A DNA stretch of 64,000 nucleotides from Phoronis australis. Its lineage: Eukaryota > Animalia > Phoronida. Position 1 is the stretch's first letter; every line of letters begins with the position of its first letter. The DNA is taken from the NCBI GenBank assembly GCA_002633005.1, contig NMRA01000927.1:32565-96564 (forward strand), written 5' to 3'. Positions 26,701 to 38,700 of the stretch are shown here, piece after piece. The position numbers and the translations under genes were made by a program. The notes beneath the pieces were generated by a model. It was not told where the DNA came from, made no database searches, and saw only the letters and a list, made by a program, of their open reading frames with translations.

Positions 26701-29700
26701 TATTCGTTTATGGAATTTTATAAAATGTTGTGCGTAAAATGCACACTCATTGCTTTATGTGACATTTTGAAATTGTGACGAGGAAGGTATTTTCCAGGTA
26801 GAGTATTCAAGATTTCGAGTCAAAAACACTGTTGATGGTCAGTGATTGGTTTGGTTGAAATACAAGACTTTTAGGTCCCGCGACACAACTCGTCTCATAT
26901 CAGACATTTCAAACTTTGATCATAAATCAAAATTGTTTTGAATTCAAATACGTTAAAACTCAATGATGAACAGTTAGGAGGGCATTGCACTAACCACACT
27001 TGTGTCAGACCATTGACAGAAATTTTGTCCAAAAATAGATTAAGAAATCGAAAAAGTTGACTTTTGTTTGGAATTTGGTAAAACTGTAGTCCACGATGTT
27101 GTTCAACTGTAGTTATCTCCCATGGGATTTAGGATTAACTAGTTCAAGAGTTTGGCAGTGAATAGATAACTCAATGGAAAGTGAACTTGACAGTGAAAGA
27201 GTTAAGAACAAGTATTTTGTTAATTTAACATTATGATAATCTATACTGTTTTTGTATGGAACAGAAGATAAACCTAGCCCCGTCACTGAAATCTCTTCCC
27301 TGATGGAATGTATTGGTTGTAACAAATCTAGTTGCGACACACTTAACACTATTATACTGTTTTGCTACAGTAATGAAAATTTTGCTGATGCTCTATCCTT
27401 TGTGTTTGACAGTTGAAAACAGGGAATAAGTTAGATAAACAATATTCAACTGTTTTGTAAATTTGTCAATGTCATAAAATAATGGCTGTTATGGCTTTTT
27501 GGCAAACTCTAGGAAGACCTCATAAAAATTGTTTTCAGTAAATTTTGTATATTTGGAAAGGTGATGTTGCTGTAGCATCACATGAAAATAACCTCGGCTT
27601 AAATGTTTGGGTTCAGAGCTTATTTTGTGAAATCTTTCACGAAAACCAAATGAAAAGAGTATCGTGAAGCGAAGGTAAAATTTGGAGCAATCGTACGGTA
27701 CCTGTTGTTGGTCGCGGCGTATGCTGTATTGTCTTGTGTCACGTGGACTGAGTGACGAAACAAGAAGTCTGATTAATAGGAAACGGTGCATGCCGTCAAC
27801 GTGACCGATGTGCTTTACTGTCTACGAAGGGTAACTTTCAACTGATTCATGTCTAGTTGATTTGTTAAACGTAGTATAGACCTCGAATGTGCATGAATTA
27901 ACACTGAGAACGGAAAACGATTGAATTCATGGCTTAATTCATAGTTTTTTATTGTTTATTATGAAAATGTAATGCACCGTAATTGAAGTTAAGCTCAGAA
28001 AGTGCTGGAAAGCGCCATGTCTGGGTGGAATTCTCATCAAAGATTTGAGAATTGCTCGTTTTTGATTTCGTGACGGTGTCAGGCCACTTTGACTGACTTA
28101 ACAATGCATGCTTGCACGAAGGAATGGTCAAGTTGAATTGTAAATAATACATTACATGTTCACTGACTGCATGGCTATTATGATTTACATTTAACTGATT
28201 TGGTATGCTTCTAAGCAAGAGAAGTTAATTTAATACTTTTAAATTAGCTACTTTCTCCGATTCTGCAGCATTAACCCACAATGCCGTGCGTCCTTAGGAG
28301 ACATCCCCAAAGTTTTACAGAGTTGTCGTATTAATCTCTACTTTCCATTGATATTAAATTACCATTTGTCGTTTTTGTGCCAGTTAAGTTTAACTATGTG
28401 CTTAGTAGATTGCTGTAGCGACAAAAATTTGAAAAGCTGAATGAGGCGTGATAAATCATTCACGTGTCCAAGTTGGTTCACAAGTCAGTAGTAGCTGTAC
28501 CTTCGTTAAACTAGTCACTCACGCTACGTTTTTTCTACCTCTGTAAAAGAGGAGAATTGAACATCTACATTTTGTCCGACTTACTCTGTTTCTCCGGAAT
28601 TTCTAGTATAGGTCATAGTTACTGATTACAAAATGATACATCTGATGAACACCAAGTAGGAATCTAGGATGGTTTGCCATATTAGAACACTGACTCACTT
28701 CAGTCAGTTATTAAAACTGAGTGCCTACTGCAGGCCATGGCAAACTTTTTGTATCTTGTGATTGTATTGTGATTAACAAAATTGTGATCTTTTTCTTTAA
28801 TTTTGCCGTGTTCTCGCTACGTTTGGTTACATCTGTTTAGCACGGATCATGCTAATTGTAAGCAAATATTAATTTCTTCAAATTTGTTATTGAGAGATAT
28901 TGGGCAAAGGAAATTCTACTCTTCTGCTATTGGGGGAGGGGAGTGAGGGGAGGGCACCAGGCACCAATTTAGAATTCGGCTGTTCAGCTATTGGACGAGG
29001 GAGGGAGGGGCACTTTGCGAAAGAATTTTCATTGGCACATTTGGAATTTTACCGTTATGACATTTGTTTAGATTTGTCTCAATATTTTAATACTATCGAG
29101 ACTTATCTTTTTCATTTTATTTAGTCTAATTGATTGTCATTGCCATGTTTTGATTTCTAGACGGCACACCTTCAACTGTACTGACATTATGTGTGGTGTG
29201 ACGAAGGCTACAGGGTTGGACTACAATCTTCATTATTGAGTAGTTTGTATTTGTAGCCTCGATCTCTCTATTCTACAAAATACAACTGTCCAAACCACGT
29301 TCAAATCGAGTGGCTTGACTCTCACCTTAACCCTGCGGCATCATCTTGACCCTTAGCCCCAACTTCTGTCTGAAGCCGATTTATTGTTACTGGTCGTGAA
29401 GTTTGATGTGTTTTGAAAGTTGTTTGTTGGGTCCAGTACTTATTTGTGGTGCTTCTGGTGTACTAAGTATTCTTTCTCTATCTGTATTGTAAAGGGCTTT
29501 GTGATTTGTCCCCAAGCAGTTGTGAGTCCTGAGGACTGTTCAATAGAGCGTCCGCCTAAAGTGAGAGCGAGCGCCTGCCTAAAGTAAGTGCTCGCTATTG
29601 AATGACATTGTTAAAGGTAATCACCTTGAAACATGTCGGATGCCAATTTGGATTTCTGAGTGTACAACCTATCAAGAATGCTTTCCNNNNNNNNNNNNNN

Positions 29701-32700
29701 NNNNNNNNNNNNNNGGGGGGCACTCGTGCCTGCCTTATTGAACACGTTTCAGGAATTAGATTGCTTTACAACCCTAATTTTAAGCAATTCAGATTTACTG
29801 ACTTTGTATTGATGAGATCTGTCCTTGTACTGACACCTGGTGACTTTGGAGTGGTAAGCCACCATTTTTAATGTTATCCAATTAAAATACGGATCCCTCG
29901 GTCCTTGTTAGTATGTAACAAAAATGGAGTGATGAAACTGTCCAACGGGGAGTTTCCTTTTATTTTTGTTTTTTGCCTTCACTGTCACTGAGCAAACACA
30001 AAGGCTGACTCGCACTGTGTCCAGTGGGGAAGATGGTCCTGGTGTCTGCTCAGTGAAAAAGAGTGCAGTAACCGCTTGATGGGGAAATGCATGCTGGGCA
30101 GACTGTATCACTTTGCTGTTGTTGAATGCACGAACCACTAAATAAAGGTGAAACTTATTTCTAAAATAACCAAGGATCTACTGTGTTGATAACTTCAATA
30201 TCATCATAAATGTTGGCTTTCCCCTTTGAAATTCTCGTAGTGATTTAATTCAGTCTTGACAAAATTGTAGGTGCAGGGTAAAGGTGCCTCAACTTGTCTT
30301 CGTAGCATTTAGACAATATTCCTTGGTGGGGGTACCCTGGTGTTGAGCAAATAGTCATGTCACTTAGCAATAAGTCACCTCTTTTATTGATATCTTGTGT
30401 CATTTTGGTAATTGCATTGTTCAGCTAAATTGTGTAAAATTTTGTTGTAAGCAGGCAGCCTTGTTACCTGCTTAAGACACCCGTTGTTACTGGTTTTGCT
30501 GCGTGTGGTGTCACAAGTGCTGATGTGATAAGTTACATGGCGTAATGCAGAATATTTTCAAACTTTAGCATTCTATGTTCATGTGTAGTTGTTTGTAGGA
30601 AAGGAACCTTGCTTGTGTACGAAAAAAAATACTATGCGAGCAGGTGAGAACAGACTTAAACTTTTGCGGAAGGGCTGTTTGTGAGGAACAGAGAATACCC
30701 GTGCGGTTGGTGAGGGAGGAAGATGGCTTCCCTGACTTACGTTGCATGACCAATGTAATCTGGCTTTAACTGAACATTTTCTGCTGGTGTCTTCAACTGC
30801 TAGTACCTGATGTGGAAGACTCGTTCTTGCACGTCATTCTGGGGTTCTACCGAACGGTTGCCACCTCTGACCTCGGCTTCATTCTTGATTGACAAAATTA
30901 CTCAAATTGACAAAAAGGTTTGGATGGGAATTTTAAATTTAAGTGTTTGTGTGGCCAACGTTGATGCATTGATGTTTTGGGGAGTTTCGGTCTGTATGAA
31001 CGGGTAACTTCGATCCTGAATCAAAGTTGACCGCAAAAGTTAACTGCGGTTAACAGGAGCATTTAATTGCTGAACATCAAGCCTTCGATGTGGTATGGAC
31101 AGTTAACTTGGGTATCAACGGAGTTATCGGCAAGTGTCGCCGTCAATGTGACATTTTTTTCAAATATTCACACCATTTTGTAATCATTACAGACAACTTC
31201 AGACAACATTTCAAATTTTAAAAAATCATGCCTGTTTTAGGTGTTTGGAGCACCACGTTCATCAAACTGTGATAACTACAGAAGCGAGGCTGTAAAAGGT
31301 TCGACTAACATCACAGTTTACATAAATGCCCCTCTCGCTTAAGTTTGTTTGAAAAGTCCTAAAAACTAGAAAGATATTTTAATCCTTTCTGTAACCTCGG
31401 TATTTGTGGAAACAAAAGATTGCATTGCAAGTCCTCCATCATTCGCTGCATGGCTCAAGTGTTCAAGTATGTAGTCGCATGTTGTGCGCATGAGGGTAAC
31501 CCCCTAGGACAGCCTGAGTGGGACACATTGTTTATTGCCAGTACGTGTTGTATTGACTGTGCATGTAAACAGTTGGTGGAACAATGTTGTTGACTTTTTG
31601 GCTGATTCTTCACAGTGAGTTGGCACGAATCGAACACAACGCCTGCATCGACCAGTTCTGCTCCTATCGTATCACGGGTCTGAGACCGGCGCAAGAGTAC
31701 TACTTTCAGGTGGTGGCCGTGCGGGTCGGTCCCCACGGCACTGGATATCCCAGTCCCCTGGCCACAGTACAAACAAGATGCGATGGTGCGTAAACCCACT
31801 GTTTGTTGCATGTTTGAAGCAGTAATTCCGCTGCTGTATTCCCCTCACAAACTTTTTGGACATAGTTGGGCAGACACGTGAGACTTTATTTTCTCATTTT
31901 CTCACAAAAGATATATAGCATCAATTTAAAATGAGAAAATAAAATCTCACGTTTGAGGCGTATACCATAGCATACCATCAGAAAATACATTCGTTGCATT
32001 TTTAGTTGACCTTGAAAAACGGAAAAAAGGTAATTTTGATTAGCAATTATTTTGTCCGTTATTATTGATATTTTGCCATAATCACTCGTTCCTTTTTGTA
32101 AGCTTTGATTACAAAGCCCTTGTTTTTTCCGGCAATGTGTGGGGTTTAGGTACTAGAATTTCTCCAAAAAGGACATCCAAACTTGTTTGGGTTTGCACCC
32201 AGGTTGCTCAAATTGAGAAACTCAAAAAAATCATTATTTTACTAGATATTAACTAGCTACAATTAACGAGGTTGATTGGTATGAAATCTTGTCACAGATT
32301 GCAAGTTTGGTGTTGTAAATTACGGATAGTAAACTAAAATGAATTTAAACAAAATCCAAAAGTTAAGAAACCTGCTGGATAAATTTTCCAAATGTGTGTA
32401 TTTTTTCTAATCAGTAGTAAATGAATACACTGCTTGTATTTGACGATCTTGATATTGACCTTTGACCCCAAGAGAGTGCCTTTGTGATTGGTTCGCTAGT
32501 GTGTTCTGTTGAGTGAAGGTGCCTATGTCACTGTTGTAATTTGTTCATGTCACAGTGCCATCAAAGGGTCCGATAGACATGAAACATCAAGGAATGGATA
32601 AGAGAGGGCACTGGATAAAAATGAAGTTTGTGTGGCAGGTATGATTACTTTTAGGGATATGGTGTTTTCTCTAATAGTTCGTACATTTTATTAGTTTGTA

Positions 32701-35700
32701 CACAGCTCTTGAAACATGGCGTTTGTCTCTAATAGTTCGCACTGTAGGAGTCCAAGGGAAAAATATTTCATACACATTTTGGATACGTAAAATGGAAATT
32801 TGTATTCTCGTAAAGGAAGACAAGTCAATAAGCGCCAATTCTATTCGGGTAATCGGAATCCGTGGTTTGTTATACCGCACTAGTATAGAGCTCAAAAAGT
32901 CGTTTTTCAAATCGCCATTTTTGGTGACCACAAATGTGGAAGTAACGATAAGATTTTCCCATGTGTTGCCAAATAGATGTAAAAATGTGACAACAGCAGA
33001 TTTTCCCAACAAAGGTTCAATTGCCCTCAGATTAGTCCTTCACGAATAAATTAGCAAAATTGCGGAGTAATAGTACCATCTGGTCCTGCGGAGGTACTGA
33101 AGGTGGCGTGGTTCTTGAACTTTGCGAACGTGGAAAAGAAATAAAGTGACAAAGCGTTCAGGCATAATATTTTGAAGTAAATCCATCAGCCGGGAACGTA
33201 ATTTGTTACTTGTAATATAATTCACAACCACCGTCACTAAGGCCGTCGTTGAACTAATTTTTATCGTCGATCTTATCTCTAATAATGTGACTTTTGACTT
33301 TCTTCTCCAATAGTTTTGTCTCTGTTAATTTGGATACGAAGCTCTCAAGAGAAAAATAGTTCTTACACTAGTGTATGAACTATTAGAGAAAAGATGGTAC
33401 CCTTAATCAGATTTTAATGCAAACTGTTCCAATGAAAACATATTCTTCTTCTTTTCGAAATTCTTATTCTTTCCGAAAAAAGCTAATTTTTAATTCAATT
33501 TTTTTATTTCTGTTGGTCCACCAATGAAATGGTTGTCACTGTTGAATGATACTTCTATTTTATTGACATCTGTCTGAGAAAACCAAGTTAAGAGTTTTGT
33601 AAGATTAGAGAATATTAGTTTTTAAGTATGTGGATCGTGAATCCTCTTAAATCCTATCCCAGTAAGAACTGAATTGTAATTGAATTGTAATTGAATTGTA
33701 ATTGAATTGTAATTGAATTGTAATTGAATTGAATTGGAATTGGAATTGTAATTGAATTGTAATTGAATTGTAATTGAATTGTAATTGAATTGTAATTGAA
33801 TTGAATTGAATTGGAATTGGAATTGAATTGTAATTGAATTGATAGTGGTGCGTTCATCCAGTATTGAGGAGTATGCAAGATCTCATTCAGGGAACACGCC
33901 AGTACATTTAGGCTACACATATTCATAGTACACGCAATGTTTCGGGAGGTGCTCTTTTGTCAGCTCGTCAAGTCTCAACAGATCTGCTGACAGACACACA
34001 AAATATGTGGACCTTTGCTGAAATATTAATTACGTTTGATTCTTTTAAGCACCTTAGAGCTTTCTGAACAATGTAGAGAACGAAAATGGATACTTTATAA
34101 GAACTTTGAAAAAGCAATCCTAACCCCCACAAAACTTCTGAAAAGTAACTTTGTCAAGAAGACTTTTTTGCCTGCTATCGCTCCATGTTGCCATGTGCAT
34201 CAAACTTATCTGCTCTCAACCTTCTTACAGCTGCCTGACCGCTCCCAATACAACTGTCGGAACGTGATACAGGTGCAGTTCTTTCTGTACAAGTTAGACC
34301 GCTCCAGTCAGCCGGTACTCGTACAGCAAAAGTTGTTGAGTGCAGGGCAGCGGTCTTACACGGAGTACAGGCTGGAGCCATATAAGCATTACGAGGCATT
34401 CACCCGCTACAAGACAGAAAGCTTCTGGAGTCCTAACTCTACGCAGCTGCAGTTTCAAACAATGGAGAGCAGTGAGTAACTCCATTTTTTGTTCTTTGCA
34501 ATTGAGAGCATTCAAACAGGTTAATGTCAGTCTATGAAAACCAGCATTGGTTGGGAGTCTTACGTAAATGTGGTTTTGCTGTAGTGGCTATGTCAAGGTA
34601 ACGCTCAGGTTTTATTAGTTGTTCCTGGTGTATCAATTAAAGTGTCCAAACTACGCAATGCTATTTGTAGGAGGTCTGGTACACGTTGTACCTGATGTGC
34701 GCAGGCCGTGCATGTGGGCCCATCGCACAGATCACCTACAACCGAGCTTAGCAGCTGGAAACTTGACTCAAGGGTCTAACTGAGTGGCTCAGTGATACTC
34801 AATCCCACGACCTCGAGTAAAGGAATCGTATCAGTATGCCACTCTGCCTCCTCAACGCTGTGTTGCACATAAGATTGGATGAATTCTTTGTAATGTTTGA
34901 CTTCATTTTTCCAGCACCGTCTGCACCTGTCAATATTGCTGTGACGATGGCCAACAGTTCCGCCCTAGAGGTGGCCTGGAACGAGCCCCTGGAGACGCGT
35001 GGTGAAATCACGCTGTACAGCGTTCGTGTGCTAAGGCTTGGCGGGCACATGCAAAAGAGCTGCTTCCTTAAACGGCCGTTTGGTCAAACCAAGCGCTGTC
35101 TAGTCAAAGGCCTTGTGGCATTTGCTAATTACACTATACAGGTGAGGTTGGGTATAGCAGACCGTTGAGGCTGTCAGCACTTAACAGCTTATTATTTAAA
35201 ATGACTTATTCTTATTAAAATGACATAGGCAAAAAATTGAATTTTGGACTTCAAAAGCGAGGCCCTCTATATTAATATAGGGTGCCCCGCTCTCCGGCCT
35301 CCATTCGGCGGGGCCCCTATATTAATATAGGGGCCCCGCTCTCCGGCCTCCTTTCAGCGAGACCCCCTATATTAATATAGGGGGCCTCGCTTTTGAAGTC
35401 CAAAATTCAATTTTTTGCCTATGTCATTTTAATAAGAATAAGTCATTTTAAATAATAAGCTGTTACTTGCTTTTGATCAAAATCAACCCTAGCAACTGAT
35501 CACCTGTTCAAATGGACATTTTCTTTTTGTTTGTAGCCTTAACATGAAAATCAATTCTGTTAAAAACTCCACCCTTGTCTAAATATCTTCTGATCTATAT
35601 GTATTAATGTCTTCTCATTAGGGTGTGTTAATGGTGATGTAGGACCCTAGAAAAATGTACAAAGTTGGCTGAGCGGGTACAACGCGTTTTTGATCCCATT

Positions 35701-38700
35701 TGAAGTTTTGTGAATATAGAGACTTGTATAATTCAGGAAATTCTAGGAGTATACTGTTAGAGCATTCCGTGCCCCGTGAAATATGATCATTATTCTTGTC
35801 GTGACGTGCTACATTGTGACGACCATTATCTGTCTGTCATCAGGTGAAAGCCAAAACCAATGCTGGATGGGGCGATGAGAGTGTCATAGCATATGGCTTT
35901 ACTGAGGAAGGATGTGAGTTGGAGTAATCTATAATGTGCATGCTTTCTGTTGAGACGGTCTTGATGAGATATTCTTTCTTGATGAGACATCCAATCTAGA
36001 TGAGACATTCTACGTTGATGAGACATTCTACGTTGATGAGACATTCTACCTTGATGAGACATTCTACCTTGATGAGACATTCTACCTTGATGAGACATTC
36101 TACCTTGATGAGACATTCTACCTTGATGAGACATTCTACCTTGATGAGACATTCCATCTTGATGTAGAGTAATGAGCTACATGGTTAAGACTCGTCATGG
36201 AAAATATAGAAAAACAAAAATAATTTCCAAGTGTGGAAAACCTATGACAAATGAAGAAAGGAACAACAGTTGTGGAAAATCGCATGATAAATAAAAGCTC
36301 CCTTATAGCATTCTTTTAACTAGGTTTTTGCCATTCGCTTGAGAAATACATTGTTGGCTCTATTTAGCACCCAAAACACTTGTATTAAGAGTACTGAAAT
36401 CCTGGACTGAGTTAGGAAATGGTGGATGTTTGATTGAATGACCAGTTCAGGTTGACACTGAGACTTGCATTTGTGTCGAGTGATTGTTCAATAGCCAGGT
36501 AAACTATTGTGTAAATCTGGTCCTTAATTTTTGCAGCTGGTAATTTATAAGGAAACGTTCACATAAATGGGGAGGTTCAAAGGAGCTACAAAATTTAGGG
36601 GTGGTTGAATAGCCGAGCACGGGAAATTAAAGGTGAAAATTTTGAAATTCTAGGGTGCGACTGAATCTAGCCGTTTAGCTGGACGAGTATGAAGTGATTA
36701 ATGTGATAGTTTGCCTTCATGACATAGAAGTTTATTTGCAGTGCCTGGCAGACCGGAGAGTCTACTTAATGTATCTCGCACCAGCACATCTGTGGCGCTG
36801 AAGTGGACGGCCCCATTCACAACCAATGGGAATCTTCTGGAATATTTGGTATGACGTTTCTAGTCTCGTGTTAGTGTAAGAAAATAACTGCAGACAGTCT
36901 GATACACGTTGCAGCAGACGTGCACAGGCTGCGCATGTGGACCCATTGCACTAATCATCAGGAATCATTTTTATGCGACCACATATTTATATGTGGACGC
37001 ATTATGCCGTCATCTCCGTCCGGCATCCGTCCGTCTGTCCGGCGTCTGGCGTCCGTTGCTCTATCTCCAAAACGCCTTGACGTATGTTCATGAAATGTTG
37101 CACGTGTGTTCTTTCCATGGATGGGACAGCGTGAGGGAACTTTCTGACGGATCCAACTACCAGTGTGCCCCCTAGTGGCAATTTTAGTTTTTACGTTTAC
37201 CTCTGTATCTTCAAAAGTCCTGAACAGATTTTCATAAAATTTGGTATATAGGCACCTATTAGTGAGATGACGCTATCATTCGGTTTGCAGATGGATGTGA
37301 CACAATTTGCGCCACCTATTGGCCATTTTTACTGTTTTTGAGTCTGTTTTTTTGCGTCCACCCCTCTATCAATTAAACTGCTCAAAGGATGGTTGTGAAA
37401 ATTGGCATGTATGTTCTTACTATGAAGTGGACGGCTGACTATGATTTTCCGACGACTTTGAATACTCTGGCGCTTCCTAGTGGCAGTTTTTTTTTGCTCC
37501 TATGGCTGTATCACCTAAATCTTTTGCAGGATCTTTACTAAATTTAGTAAATGCATTTATATGATGTTAACAACGGAGGACGACAACTTTCAGGCGGATC
37601 TGAATACTGGTGTGCCAGCTAGTGACAATTTTATTTTTTTACATTTACCTCTGTATGTTCAAAGGTCCTGATCGTATTTTCATAAAATTTGGCATACAGG
37701 CATCTGTTAATGAGATGACATTACCTATCCATTTTCAGATGGATTCAACGTAGTTTGCGCCACCTAGTGACCATTTTTAATGTTTTCGAGTCTGTTTTTG
37801 GCGTCCACTCGTCTATCAACCAAACCGCTTTCAGGATAATTGTGAAAATTTGCGTGTATGTTCTTACTATGAAGTGGACAGCTGACGACGATTTTCCGAT
37901 GAGTTCAACTACTGTGCCGCCTCCTAGTGGCAGTTTTGTTTTTTTGCGCTCATGTCTGTATCTATTAAACCATGTGCAGGATCTTTACTTAATTTAGCAA
38001 GTGTATTTATGTGATGTTGACAGTGGATGACTACGACTTTCGGACGGATCTGACTACTGGTGTGCCCCCTAGTGGCAATTTTATTTTTTTACGTTTACCA
38101 GTCTGTACCTTCAAAGGTCCTCGACAGATTTTCATAAAATTTTGAATATAGTGAGATGACGCTTTCACCCTTTTTTGGATGAAATCAAGGTATTTTGCGC
38201 CACATGGTGGCCATTTGTTGCTGTTTTCAAATCTTGTTTTTGGCGTCCACCCCTTGATCAACCAAATTATTCTAGGGATGGTTTTGAAAATTGACGTATA
38301 TGTTTTCAGTATGAAGGGGATGTTTGATGATGGCGACTGACTACTGTGGTGCCTCCTAGTGGTAGTTTTGTTTTGCTGTATCTCCAAAACCCACTGCAGG
38401 ATCTTTATTAAATTTAGTACCGTATTCGCCGTAATAACCGCCCATGCCCCTATAAGCGGCCCCCCACGCGTTTTCTGACTGCTGAAATAAGCGCCCAGTC
38501 CATGAACATGTACATTAACAATGACATACCTACAGTCCTATAACTCGGCTACAGTAACGTCTTCAATTTATCAAAAAAATTTTGCACGGGACTTCTAGAC
38601 CACCAGTGGCACTACTACGTTTGTATTTAGCCTTGACTTCACACTTCAAAGTAACACAGCGCTTCAAAAAGAACGCAACAGCGTTGCTACGCTCTCGCGA

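Noticed and set aside
32671-33049. Overlapping 113-117 aa ORFs on both strands
   Set aside because: They lie inside a TIR-bounded non-autonomous element and have no transposase (DDE/HTH) features
33654-33926. [11 protein letters not shown]-repeat ORF; array superficially CRISPR-like
   Set aside because: Simple 11-bp/5-bp satellite without unique spacers, in a eukaryotic intron
35826-36152. Minus-strand ORF of MSHQGR repeats
   Set aside because: Translation of an 18-bp intronic minisatellite, antisense to a real exon
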